Part shown: piece by piece, positions 26,733-35,950 of the stretch
Layout: each line of letters opens with the position of its first letter
Numbering within the stretch: position 1 is the stretch's first letter
DNA from: Candidatus Giovannonibacteria bacterium RIFCSPLOWO2_12_FULL_44_15
GTDB lineage: Bacteria; Patescibacteriota; Minisyncoccia; JACPKW01; UBA11713
Assembly (NCBI GenBank): GCA_001778905.1
Contig: MFIQ01000002.1
Location: 1 to 40,030 of the forward strand
DNA: 40,030 bases
Direction of reading: 5' to 3'
Made by a program: the position numbers and the translations under genes
Notes under the pieces: model-generated
Told to the model about the DNA's origin: nothing
What the model saw: the letters and a program-made list of their open reading frames with translations, nothing else
Database searches by the model: none

Positions 26733-29557
26733 TGGAACACCTCCTTCATAGGTTTCTGCCAGAACTCTTTCAATTCATCAAGGTCAGCTCGGAAAACATG
26801 GCCGCGGTTATGAACGCTGATAACTTCGCTTGCAATCGTGCGTCCAATTTCCTCCGCATGCATTCCCAAAGATTGAACCTCGTAAACATCCATATCCCTC
26901 ACCTCAATGAGAAAGCAACCGGCAGTCTCGTTAAATAGCCGAAAATCTATTCTCTCTTTTTCTTCGCGCGCGTACCCGAGTTCCAGAGATGCGCCCATCC
27001 CACCGCCGAAGCACATCTCCGCGAGAGTCGTGAAAAGTCCTCCATCGCTTATGTCGTGGCAGGAAAGAATAATTCCTCTGGCAATAAGCCGGTGAAGTTT
27101 CTGAAACGTCCTCACCGCTTCTTTGAGATTAACCCTCGGCAGATTATTGCCAACTATGCCATGCAGATCGTAGTAAACTGAGCCTGCCATCTCCAGCTTT
27201 CGCAATCCCACTTGCATGATTGCGGATCCTTCCTCTTTGAAATCCGCAGAGATCGTTTTTCTCACATCCCGAATTTTTCCGAAGACCGAGATGCAAAGCA
27301 CCGGAGGAATTTTGATAACTGTGCCGTCTTTCCCGCGATACGTGCTCGACAAGCTATCCTTGCCGGAAATGTACGGAATCCCGAACGCCTCCGCGATGTC
27401 TACACACGCATCAACCGAGCGGTCTAGCGCGCCCAATTCCTGTTCGTCGGGATACGGCCAGATAAAGTTATCGATAAGCCGCGCTTCTCTCGGATCCCCG
27501 CCCACAGCGACAAAGTTTGCTAATGCTTCAGTCGCCGCCCAGACACTCCCCCAATACGGATCAATGCGATTCAATATCGGGTTCAGTCCGTGGCTGATAA
27601 TAACTCCATAGCGTTCCCCCAAAATCGGCGTCAAAACTACGGCGTCGTTCGGCCCGTCGTGATTGACGCCCGAAAACGGCGCGAGGGCATTCATGCCCTG
27701 CACGCTATGATCATACATCCGCACAATGGATTCCTTTGAGCAAACATTTGGATGGCTCAAAATTCGGCGGCAGGTTTCTCTCCAGTCGCTCGGCACAGGT
27801 ATCTCCGGTTCCTCAAATTCCGGGCGCACCCAATTTGCATTCAGCACTCGCTGCGGCAAGCCGTGATGAAGAAAATCCATACTGAGATCGCAGAGCGTTT
27901 CGTTTTCGTACATCACCACAAGCCGTCCGGTATTGGCGAAAACTCCAAGCCACGTTGCTTCGACATTCAAAGCCTCACAGATTTCGAAGAAGCGAACTAT
28001 ATTTTCCGGGGCAATAGCAACCACCATTCGTTCCTGCGATTCCGAAATCCAGATTTCCCACGGCGACATTCCCGGATATTTGGTCGGCGCCCGCTCAAGA
28101 GCTACATGAATGCCGGTTTCGCTTCCCATCTCTCCGATAGCCGACGAAAAACCTCCCGCTCCGCAATCGGTTATGGCGCGAATCAAACCTTCATCGCGAC
28201 ATCTAAGAACTGCGTCGCCCACTTTTTTTTCCTCGATCGCATTTCCTATCTGGACTGCGCTGGCATTAACCTGTACGGTCTGGTCGGTCATTTCACCCGA
28301 AGAAAACGTTGCGCCATGGATTCCATCCCGCCCGGTTCTTCCGCCAATTACAATAATCCTGTCTCCCGGCTGCGGCTTGCCTTTTAGACACTTGCCCACG
28401 GGAATTATTCCGTACGCGCCGACAATAACCGTAGGTTTTGCACGAAAATCTTCGTGGAAGTGTATGGAGCCATTATTGGTCGGGACGCCCATGCGATTCC
28501 CATAGTCCCTAACTCCATCAACCACGCGTCGTAATAAATAACGAGGACTCAAGCAACCGGCAGGAAGTTTCTCTGGGTCAAAGTCTGGAGGAGCAAAACA
28601 AAAAATATCAGTCGATGCAATTGGCTTTGCGCCCTCGCCGTCCCCGAAAATATCCCTTAATACCCCGCCGGTTCCCGTCATCGCTCCGCCGTAAGGCTCG
28701 AGCGCACAAGGACTATTATGAGTTTCTACCTTTCCGCACAAACCTTGCCCGCCGAAAAAATCTATAACGCCGGCGTTGTCATCGAAGACCGAGAGCAAGC
28801 CGTCCGCGAATTTTTCCGCCGTTCCCTTAATTCGGGCGATCAATGGTTTTTTCCCCACGCCGTTCACAATAAGGCGCGCTCGAAAAGTTTTGTGGCTGCA
28901 GTGCTCGCTCCAAGTTTGAGCATATGTTTCACATTCCCCATCAGTCAGATCGCGCCCTATTTCACAAGCGTGCGCCTGGAGAACTCGCATCTCTTCGAGA
29001 TCAAGATGCCATTCATGATTCTTGGATAGTTCCACTAGTTCCTCGCCGCTCATTCGACAAATGGGGATGATCGTGATCGCTCCGCGTTCGCCCGAGATAA
29101 TAAGCGTAATAGGCGGCTCGATGACAACGCGCTCGACAGTTTTGTTGACTAGCAGCCGGTCGCAGATAAATTGAACGTCCTCATCCGACGGCGTTCCAAA
29201 GAACCCATACTCAGTGCTGGAATCCGCCGCGACAAGATTTATGCCCAGATCGCCTACCGCTTTCATGATCGACGCCGCCTCCGGATTCATTACTCCGGGT
29301 TTGTAAGCGACTTCGATTAAGCGGGCCGCAAATTGGATCAGCGGTGAATTCAAAGTGAATACCTGCGTCAATTGGTCTGTGAAAAGTTTTTCCGCGAGAT
29401 AGGATGCATCCTCGGGTTCAATTCCCTCGAGACGATAGACGCGCGCCGTCTTAACACCAACGATGCTCCTGATACCCAAATTGCGTATTTCGGTAAAACA
29501 GCTTTGACCTCGAACATCAGTTCCGATTTTGGTTCCTACTCTTACCACTTGTATCAT
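26729..29557 (-). CDS. purL: FGAM synthase PurL with N-terminal PurS-like domains
   Basis: QTWSEHCSHKTF, KVETHNSP, GRDGIHGATFSS, DCGAGG, SESQERM, SGKDS, HDISDGG. N-terminal ~150 aa includes EVAYKPGVMNPEA. Confidence 0.96.
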   Translation of the reverse strand: MIQVVRVGTKIGTDVRGQSCFTEIRNLGIRSIVGVKTARVYRLEGIEPEDASYLAEKLFTDQLTQVFTLNSPLIQFAARLIEVAYKPGVMNPEAASIMKAVGDLGINLVAADSSTEYGFFGTPSDEDVQFICDRLLVNKTVERVVIEPPITLIISGERGAITIIPICRMSGEELVELSKNHEWHLDLEEMRVLQAHACEIGRDLTDGECETYAQTWSEHCSHKTFRARLIVNGVGKKPLIARIKGTAEKFADGLLSVFDDNAGVIDFFGGQGLCGKVETHNSPCALEPYGGAMTGTGGVLRDIFGDGEGAKPIASTDIFCFAPPDFDPEKLPAGCLSPRYLLRRVVDGVRDYGNRMGVPTNNGSIHFHEDFRAKPTVIVGAYGIIPVGKCLKGKPQPGDRIIVIGGRTGRDGIHGATFSSGEMTDQTVQVNASAVQIGNAIEEKKVGDAVLRCRDEGLIRAITDCGAGGFSSAIGEMGSETGIHVALERAPTKYPGMSPWEIWISESQERMVVAIAPENIVRFFEICEALNVEATWLGVFANTGRLVVMYENETLCDLSMDFLHHGLPQRVLNANWVRPEFEEPEIPVPSDWRETCRRILSHPNVCSKESIVRMYDHSVQGMNALAPFSGVNHDGPNDAVVLTPILGERYGVIISHGLNPILNRIDPYWGSVWAATEALANFVAVGGDPREARLIDNFIWPYPDEQELGALDRSVDACVDIAEAFGIPYISGKDSLSSTYRGKDGTVIKIPPVLCISVFGKIRDVRKTISADFKEEGSAIMQVGLRKLEMAGSVYYDLHGIVGNNLPRVNLKEAVRTFQKLHRLIARGIILSCHDISDGGLFTTLAEMCFGGGMGASLELGYAREEKERIDFRLFNETAGCFLIEVRDMDVYEVQSLGMHAEEIGRTIASEVISVHNRGHVFRADLDELKEFWQKPMKEVFH

Positions 29558-29602
29558 TGATTTCTCCCTTCATATTCATTTGGAAACGATCAGTTTATTT
29601 GT

Positions 29603-29636
29603 TCAAAAAGTAGCAAAATCCAGAGAAATAAGCAAA
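29603..29636 (-). promoter_or_regulatory. Shared promoter, copy 1 (purL)
   Basis: Minus strand TTGCTT-N17-TACTTT with an extended -10 TG. Near-identical copies at 30261-30294 and 33759-33792. Confidence 0.75.
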
Positions 29637-29639
29637 GTG

Positions 29640-29675
29640 AAAAATGCCCCATCCGATCGCGTCGGATGAGGCATT
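29640..29675 (-). terminator. Intrinsic terminator after yjjX
   Basis: AATGCCCCATCCGA/TCGGATGAGGCATT stem. Confidence 0.65.
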
Positions 29676-29684
29676 GAAAACAAA

Positions 29685-30230
29685 CTAGCTTTTTTTATGC
29701 AGGAGCGCGGCGAGAGCCATTTGAACCGCCATCGCCTCTTCGTCTAATCGAGAAATGGCGTTTCGCGTCATAAGGCCGATGTGGCCGTATTCGTAGCGTG
29801 CGTTCGGTATGCCCGATGTTTTTTCAATCGCTTCGCCAAGCTGATATCCCTGCCTTATTAAAGAAACGATATTCGCAGGAACAAAAACGCTCGGACCCGC
29901 TCCGCTTCCTTCATCTCCCTTATCGTTTATCACCACGCTCCATGTGCGAAGATAGCAAATGCCACTGACCATCTCCAATGTACCCTCGATACCCACTCCA
30001 AATTCCGCATCACTGACTTCATTCAGCGCAGTCCTAGCCCGATTTCTGGCTCCTAATATCCCTTCGCAATCGGACACCGGTTGCTTCCTGATACCGGAAG
30101 AAACTGGCGTCGATATAAATTTCCACTCAGCCGAATTCGCATTAGCCTCATTCGGCATCATTCGACAAAAAGCCAACTCTGCCGCTTGTCGTTTTGTCGC
30201 TTGATTGGATCCTACAGCCACTATAGGCAT
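29685..30230 (-). CDS. yjjX: Inosine/xanthosine triphosphatase (YjjX/DUF84 family)
   Basis: VAVGSN..K, VSSGIRKQP, GARNRA, FGVGIEG, GHIGLMT...SR. Confidence 0.85.
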   Translation of the reverse strand: MPIVAVGSNQATKRQAAELAFCRMMPNEANANSAEWKFISTPVSSGIRKQPVSDCEGILGARNRARTALNEVSDAEFGVGIEGTLEMVSGICYLRTWSVVINDKGDEGSGAGPSVFVPANIVSLIRQGYQLGEAIEKTSGIPNARYEYGHIGLMTRNAISRLDEEAMAVQMALAALLHKKS

Positions 30231-30236
30231 AAAACA

Positions 30237-30296
30237 CCTCCAGTCAAAGATTCTATTCCCTCAAAAAGTAGCAAAATTCGAGGAAATAAGCAAAAT
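30237..30296 (-). promoter_or_regulatory. Shared promoter plus leader/SD, copy 2 (yjjX)
   Basis: CCTCCAGTCAAAGATTCT.TTCCCTCAAAAAGTAGCAAAAT......GAAATAAGCAAAAT is near-identical to 33736-33794. Confidence 0.8.
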
Positions 30297-30301
30297 AAAT
30301 T

Positions 30302-30349
30302 TTTGAATAGTAAGTATTCTCGCGATCGCGAATATACTTACTATTCAAA
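30302..30349. repeat. 48-bp near-perfect palindrome, copy 1
   Basis: TTTGAATAGTAAGTATTCTCGCGA|TCGCGAATATACTTACTATTCAAA; second copy at 34274-34321. Confidence 0.9.
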
Positions 30350-30358
30350 TAAAAAACC

Positions 30359-32503
30359 TCAAAAAGGCAATATGTCGTAGCAATAGCGATCAATTTCTCC
30401 GCCGCAACCCCTTGAATCGTCCCCGTCAAATCCTGCAGTACTGGACCATGCTCCGCTCCCTTTCGCGCCGCAGCCTTTGTCGGTTTTAGAATTGCAATCT
30501 TTGTCGTTAGCAAGCCCGACACTGTCCCTACTCTCCAAACTCGCCCCGAGATGATACGAGTCGCGGGAATTTTTCAGGGTATGGTAAGTATAGTAGTATT
30601 GCGCTTTTGTTGTCGGATCGGTTGGCAATGTCTGCGAATATTTCGGGCTGACGTCGCTCAATTTCGCTGGGTACCCGTTTTTTTCATCGTAATAAAGCTC
30701 AAATGCAAGACGCAACTGGCTTAAATCCGCCATACGGCGTGCATCCCGGGCCTTCATTCGCGCGATGCTTAAGGCACCTCCGGATATTTCGTCGGATATT
30801 TCGTAGAAAGTTTTGGAATCTTTCGGCGCATCGATTTTCACTTCTTTGTTGATATCCGAAATTACCACCTTAAAAACTATATTTATCTGCTTATCTTTGA
30901 GTGTTGTTGCCGAGTCGGATGGCACCGCGCGGATGGTATAGGTAATGATCGCGGGATACCCATTCGCGTCAGCCCAAAGGGTAAGCTTGGCATTTTTATC
31001 ATAGTAATCGAACGCTTCATTGAATTCCGGGCTTTTCAAATATTCGAGATATCCGCGATCGGCGATCAGAGAATAATCCGTAGTAAGACTCTTTTTATCC
31101 GCTTCTTTTATTAGGCGCTCGTAAAACAAGGCGACTGCTTCCTTGCGGATTTTGAGATCGTAGCGGTAAAGCGACCTCCCCTCCACATTTTCGGAACGCG
31201 GGGCGTTTTCAAAAGCGAACAGTTTCTCCTCGTCCGCGATCGTCGCCGCCTTTTGAATTAACTCCAGGAGCTCCCTGCGGTTCTCCTTATATTTTTTCTC
31301 GGCATCTGGGACTTCGTTTGTAAAATAGGAAAAATCGCCGTATGATGCGTCTTCCGAAGACGTAGCCGCATTTGGATCGATTTTGATCCACTGGCCTTTT
31401 ATGTTTCCAATAAAACCTAAAAATATGCTCGGGATATTATTGACCCGTAAATAATATATTCCATCTTTCTTGAGGGCATCCGCGTTTAATTTATAGGTCA
31501 GGTCCCCGAGGTCTCCAGTGGCATCGCCGTTGAATTTCCAATCGGCTGTTTCTTTTTCCCAATCCGTCTGTGCGGAGGCAGAGAAGCTTACATTCATCTC
31601 TGGGGGCGCGTAGTTAACCATCTCTTGAAGCGAGACCAAAAAGGGCTTAGGCGGCTCGGAAGATATATACAGGTAACTCGAGCTGTCTTTTGTAAACGTT
31701 ACTCTCTTTCCTTCGATGCGAGTCGCCTCGGGCTTAAAATTATAAATTTTTTTCAACTGAACTATGGCATTATCCGTTTCGAAGTTAATTGTGAGTTCAA
31801 AATTTTTGCCGTCACCCGATCGCCTATACCCGTATTCCTCTTCCGTCTTGGGATCAGTTATGGACAATTTGCTCGTATAATAATATTTCTGCTTTCCGGC
31901 GTCGACAAGCAATTGCTTCGCGGTCGCGGGATATGGATTGGTTTTTTGGGAATATCCTAAAGTCTGCAAATACTGCAGTATCGCTCCCGCATTCTGCGCT
32001 CGCGCCGAATCATTTTTATACATCTCACGCGCCGCGTTGCCTAAAGTAAGCTTAGAGGAAAACGGCTCGGCATCGGCATCGCGCTTGCCAACGGATACCG
32101 AGGCAGAAATTGAATAAGAAGAAGTATCGATTTTGGAAGCCGCGAGGAGAATTCCGGACATTAAATTATCCTCGGCATATGGTGCGTGCGCGAAGGGACC
32201 AAGCTTCATGAAATATGCGTACGCCCCACCTCCAAGCAAAGCTACGACGACAATCCCAGCGGATATAGATATAATCAGTTTTTTGTAAGAGCGAGGCTGT
32301 TGTTGAAACTGGCCTGGTTGTTGGAATTGAGCTGGTTGAGGTTGGACAGGCGCAGTGCTAGTTTTCTCAATCTCCGAAAACCCTGCGGCGATATCTGCAT
32401 CCTGCCACCCCGTGTCTTTTAAAGCTTTAATTACTTCGTCTTTTGATTTCCCCGCGCTAAGCGATTGCTGAATAAATTTAAGGAGCTCTGTGTTTGGATT
32501 CAT
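30359..32503 (-). CDS. Membrane-anchored protein with pilin/GspG-like globular domains
   Basis: Start re-assigned to ATG 32503. N-terminal helical domain (L...GWQDADI), Q/P linker, TM, C-terminal ARMKARDARRMADLSQLRLAFELYYDEKNGYP..LPTDP. Confidence 0.75.
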   Translation of the reverse strand: MNPNTELLKFIQQSLSAGKSKDEVIKALKDTGWQDADIAAGFSEIEKTSTAPVQPQPAQFQQPGQFQQQPRSYKKLIISISAGIVVVALLGGGAYAYFMKLGPFAHAPYAEDNLMSGILLAASKIDTSSYSISASVSVGKRDADAEPFSSKLTLGNAAREMYKNDSARAQNAGAILQYLQTLGYSQKTNPYPATAKQLLVDAGKQKYYYTSKLSITDPKTEEEYGYRRSGDGKNFELTINFETDNAIVQLKKIYNFKPEATRIEGKRVTFTKDSSSYLYISSEPPKPFLVSLQEMVNYAPPEMNVSFSASAQTDWEKETADWKFNGDATGDLGDLTYKLNADALKKDGIYYLRVNNIPSIFLGFIGNIKGQWIKIDPNAATSSEDASYGDFSYFTNEVPDAEKKYKENRRELLELIQKAATIADEEKLFAFENAPRSENVEGRSLYRYDLKIRKEAVALFYERLIKEADKKSLTTDYSLIADRGYLEYLKSPEFNEAFDYYDKNAKLTLWADANGYPAIITYTIRAVPSDSATTLKDKQINIVFKVVISDINKEVKIDAPKDSKTFYEISDEISGGALSIARMKARDARRMADLSQLRLAFELYYDEKNGYPAKLSDVSPKYSQTLPTDPTTKAQYYYTYHTLKNSRDSYHLGASLESRDSVGLANDKDCNSKTDKGCGAKGSGAWSSTAGFDGDDSRGCGGEIDRYCYDILPF

Positions 32504-32556
32504 GTAATTAATTATACCGCTTCCGGCGGTTTTCATTTGTGAGTATCTGTAAAAAT

Positions 32557-32594
32557 AAAAAGGGCGTGTGCGAGACAATTCCCGCACACGCCCC
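32557..32594 (-). terminator. Intrinsic terminator after purM
   Basis: GGGCGTGTGCG/CGCACACGCCC stem with an A run. Confidence 0.7.
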
Positions 32595-32610
32595 TAAACT
32601 TCAAACTTGC

Positions 32611-33729
32611 CTAACGAACACCAAGAGTTGACCCCCGAAACTCCAGATTCTTCGGCTTGATGATGACTTTCTTCTCGTCGCTCCGCTCGATATGGCCGGC
32701 GTGCACTGCGCTGAGGCCTTCCGGAAACTTTTGCCTCTCGACAATGGCCAGAACTTTCCGCGCGTGAGTTTCCGGTACATACAGCGCGAAACCTGCGCCC
32801 ATATTCAAGTTTCCATACGCCTCCATGTCATCCACCGGGCCATACTTCTGAATGAAGTCAAAGATCGGAAGTTGCCTCGGTAGCAGCGAGATGCTGTAGG
32901 TAAAGTCGCCCTGCGCTCTCATGAGCTTCCGCCAGCCGTGTCCTGTGATATTCACGGCGTAATGGATGTAAACGCCAGCATCTAGGCAATCCTCGACAAA
33001 CGGAACATAGATCGGTGTCGGGTCGAGAAGTGTATCGCCGTATGTTCGCCCGTCGCTGAGCCGTGTGAGATAGCCATCAGGTAATTTCTTAGCGATCTTC
33101 CGAGCCATCGTGAGCCCATTCGCGTGGATACCGGAACTTCCGATGAGAATGATTGCGTCTCCGTGCTGGATATTTGGATAAATTACTTTCGATTTTGGCT
33201 CTACTATTCCAACGGACGATCCAGCGATAACAGACGCTTCTTCCCCGATGATATCTTTGAGAGTTGGAGTTTCTCCACCTCCCCAAACACAACCCGCGAG
33301 GTCGCAAGCGTATGCCCAGCCAGCTATCAGCTCCTCCATACGTGTTTTATTTTTAAACCACTCGGAGGCGCCAGTTGCCAAATGTTGGGATGCCCCCAAT
33401 GGCCTTACCCCAAGCGTTATCATGTCATTGAAAATCATTGCGGCCGCGTCTATCGCGACTTTAAAATAATATGAGCAGCCAGTAAGCTTTTCCATGGCAT
33501 CGGCAACCAAATTTTTTGTACCGAGGCCCTCCTCAACAATCCCGAGAATAAAATCATGGTGAAGAGATTCCATCATATACACGCTTTCTCCGCGGCTCCA
33601 TTCGAGCTCGCGAAAACCTCTCTTCAGTAGATTCTTTGCAGTCTTTCGCGCGGCGAGCTGTGCCATGCGCTTAAACGGATCCATCGCGTCGTAATCCACG
33701 CCGACATTCTTATATGTCATGTTGCTCAT
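32611..33729 (-). CDS. purM: Phosphoribosylformylglycinamidine cyclo-ligase (AIR synthase)
   Basis: TYKNVGVDY, EGLGTK, GGETPTL, SSGIHANG, NITGHG, NMGAGF. ATG 33729 behind GGAGG. Confidence 0.92.
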   Translation of the reverse strand: MSNMTYKNVGVDYDAMDPFKRMAQLAARKTAKNLLKRGFRELEWSRGESVYMMESLHHDFILGIVEEGLGTKNLVADAMEKLTGCSYYFKVAIDAAAMIFNDMITLGVRPLGASQHLATGASEWFKNKTRMEELIAGWAYACDLAGCVWGGGETPTLKDIIGEEASVIAGSSVGIVEPKSKVIYPNIQHGDAIILIGSSGIHANGLTMARKIAKKLPDGYLTRLSDGRTYGDTLLDPTPIYVPFVEDCLDAGVYIHYAVNITGHGWRKLMRAQGDFTYSISLLPRQLPIFDFIQKYGPVDDMEAYGNLNMGAGFALYVPETHARKVLAIVERQKFPEGLSAVHAGHIERSDEKKVIIKPKNLEFRGSTLGVR

Positions 33730-33735
33730 AATTTT

Positions 33736-33794
33736 CCTCCAGTCAAAGATTCTTTCCCTCAAAAAGTAGCAAAATCCAAGGAAATAAGCAAAAT
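33736..33794 (-). promoter_or_regulatory. Shared promoter plus leader/SD, copy 3 (purM)
   Basis: Near-identical to 30237-30296. Confidence 0.8.
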
Positions 33795-33866
33795 TAAATT
33801 AGGAAGTTGATTTAATATTCAGACTGCGCTAGTTTAGGGCAAACGCTGTTTTGAAAGGAGTGCTCT

Positions 33867-34262
33867 ATGCAACTTCTGCGATTCTGCGGCGCAGGGGTGC
33901 CTGGCGTACTCCTGTATTACATTGTCTATGTTTCTTTAACTCGATTGACCGATCAGTGGTACGTCGCAGCAACAGTTGTCGCTTCCATTGCGAGCTGGGG
34001 CCTAACTTTTCTTCTACAGAAGTATTGGGCATTTAGGAATAAAGAATCCGAATGGCTTATGCGGCAGATTATAAACTACGCCGGGAAAGTCCTCTTCTTT
34101 ATTTTTATCCTTGGGCCAGGCCTTATTTATCTGCTTGTTGAACACGCCGAGCTTCCTGATCTGTGGGCGCAGGCTATCTTGACGCTTGTCGTGTCGTCCA
34201 TAAGCTACCTTATCGACAAACGCATCTTCGCCAACAAAAAAACCGCCGCGTCATCCCCATGA
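33867..34262 (+). CDS. GtrA-family membrane protein
   Basis: QLLRFCGAG, FLLQKYWAF, four TM segments, KRIF at the C-terminus. AAGGAG SD. Confidence 0.85.
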   Translation: MQLLRFCGAGVPGVLLYYIVYVSLTRLTDQWYVAATVVASIASWGLTFLLQKYWAFRNKESEWLMRQIINYAGKVLFFIFILGPGLIYLLVEHAELPDLWAQAILTLVVSSISYLIDKRIFANKKTAASSP

Positions 34263-34273
34263 CCTAGGCGGTT

Positions 34274-34321
34274 TTTGAATCGCAAGTATTCTCGCGATCG
34301 CGAATATACTTACGATTCAAA
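34274..34321. repeat. 48-bp near-perfect palindrome, copy 2
   Basis: TTTGAATCGCAAGTATTCTCGCGATCGCGAATATACTTACGATTCAAA; 3 differences from copy 1. Confidence 0.9.
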
Positions 34322-34369
34322 TAAAAAAAGGCGTGGCGAGATCTCTCTCGCGCACGCCCGTGGCACTTC

Positions 34370-34717
34370 CTATCGGAAATATTTCCGATACTCTCGGTCG
34401 ATTTCCAGAGCCTTAACGATCATACGTATAAAGGAAACGAATTTAAGGACGTTAAATCCCCTTCTAAGAAGCTTATAGCGCTTCCCTTGCACCCAGTACC
34501 TCTGGAAAGAATTCTCGACGGCTTGGCGCGCGCTTTGCGGAAAGTTTTTTACGTTAAGATCGTTAACCCTGCTAAGCCGCTCCGGATTGGAAAATTTATA
34601 CATTTCGCCGCCCGCGAGCAATAGACCCTTAAGCAAAACTAGGCGCTTTCCCGGCGAGAGCTTCCGCCACCCATACAAAATCTCCGCGTCTTGAATATGT
34701 CGTCTTGGCCACCGCAT
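34370..34717 (-). CDS. Hypothetical basic protein
   Basis: 115-aa ORF with GAGGAGGGG SD and a downstream hairpin (34329-34358). Confidence 0.6.
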   Translation of the reverse strand: MRWPRRHIQDAEILYGWRKLSPGKRLVLLKGLLLAGGEMYKFSNPERLSRVNDLNVKNFPQSARQAVENSFQRYWVQGKRYKLLRRGFNVLKFVSFIRMIVKALEIDREYRKYFR

Positions 34718-34811
34718 AATCCCCTCCTCTCAAAATCAAGGAAATTTTATTTCTTGCAGTATAGCAGAACGCTTTATTTAATCATAAAAAGTGGTATATT
34801 ATGTAAAATCT

Positions 34812-34882
34812 GGGGGTGTGGTTCAATGGTAGAATATCGGTCTCCAAAACCGACGATCAAGGTTCGATTCCTTGCACCCCCG
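34812..34882 (+). tRNA. tRNA-Trp(CCA)
   Basis: Acceptor stem GGGGGTG/CACCCCC, anticodon arm TCGGT-CTCCAAA-ACCGA, T loop GGTTCGATTCC. Confidence 0.95.
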
Positions 34883-34933
34883 CTAATTTTAGTATCGAGA
34901 GACCGAGAGGGCTAAAAATGTTAAAATTGTATT

Positions 34934-35950
34934 ATGCAAATTGAAGATCTAGGCATCATTCTTTCGCCTACAGAAAACGAGTTTGAAAAGCGGGCTGTCC
35001 TAAATCCTGCGTGCATTGCCGAGGGTGATATAGTCCACATGTTTTATCGCGCCATCAATCAAAATAATATTTCTACAATTGGATATTGCCAGATTAAAGA
35101 TAATAAGGTTATCCGCAGAGATAATAAGCCTTTAATTTTCCCTGAACATAATTTCGAACGTAGCGGCGTCGAGGATCCCAGGATAGTTTATTTGGATGGA
35201 ATGTATTATCTGTTTTACACAACATACGATGGATATGATGCATCCGCTGCTTATGCTATTTCCTCTGATTTGCGTAATTTTAAAAAACAGGGGCCAATTT
35301 TTCCTGCAATCCTTTATAAGGACGCTAGTAAGATTTTTAAACATGCGGGCCTTCCGGAAAAATATGAATGGTATGCAAAACACTATGAAGAAGAAAGAGG
35401 CCAAGGAGTCTCTCTTTGGCAAAAGGATGTTTTTCTTCTGCCAGAGAAAATCGAAGGAAATTTTTTTCTGATTCATAGGATAATGCCAGGAATCCAAGCC
35501 ATAAGTTTTAGGAATTTTTCTGATTTGACTGAGGAATTATGGAGAAAATACCTACTCCATATGGCCGAATTTATAATTCTTGATCCAAAATATAAATTTG
35601 AAAACAAACGCATCGGCGGAGGTTGCCCGCCTATCAAAACAAGGCATGGCTGGCTGCTAATTTTTCATGCTATAGAACAAACGAACCACGGAAAAATTTA
35701 TCATGCTGCAGCTGCACTGCTGGATCTAAAAAATCCGCTTCACGTCAAAGCAAGGCTGCCATTTCCACTGTTCTCGCCGGAAGGACAAGACGAAAGAGAG
35801 GGCGTAACAAATGATGTCGTATTTCCCACTGGCTCAATACTGAAAAAAGATGATTTATTTATCTATTACGGCGCCGCTGATTCCAAGATAAAAGCGAAAA
35901 AAATCAGCGTAATTGAATTAATTAATGAATTGCTAAAACATAAGACATGA
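34934..35950 (+). CDS. GH130-like beta-propeller glycosidase/phosphorylase
   Basis: VLNPA, MFYRA, GVEDPRI, KIGGGCPP-like RIGGGCPPIKT, VVFPTG, YYGAAD. Confidence 0.85.
   Translation: MQIEDLGIILSPTENEFEKRAVLNPACIAEGDIVHMFYRAINQNNISTIGYCQIKDNKVIRRDNKPLIFPEHNFERSGVEDPRIVYLDGMYYLFYTTYDGYDASAAYAISSDLRNFKKQGPIFPAILYKDASKIFKHAGLPEKYEWYAKHYEEERGQGVSLWQKDVFLLPEKIEGNFFLIHRIMPGIQAISFRNFSDLTEELWRKYLLHMAEFIILDPKYKFENKRIGGGCPPIKTRHGWLLIFHAIEQTNHGKIYHAAAALLDLKNPLHVKARLPFPLFSPEGQDEREGVTNDVVFPTGSILKKDDLFIYYGAADSKIKAKKISVIELINELLKHKT

Noticed and set aside
30253-30522. ORFs 30253-30522, 30081-30380 and 34275-34478 sharing SRDREYTY/IRDRENTY peptides
   Set aside because: The similarity comes from translating the 48-bp palindrome; they overlap real genes.
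34371-34390. Perfect 20-bp palindrome TATCGGAAATATTTCCGATA
   Set aside because: Single copy inside the last codons of a hypothetical gene; no supporting context.
34812-34882. Alternative genetic code (UGA recoding as in Gracilibacteria/Absconditabacteria)
   Set aside because: Conserved genes translate intact under code 11, and TGA terminates alaS and purL at the expected positions.
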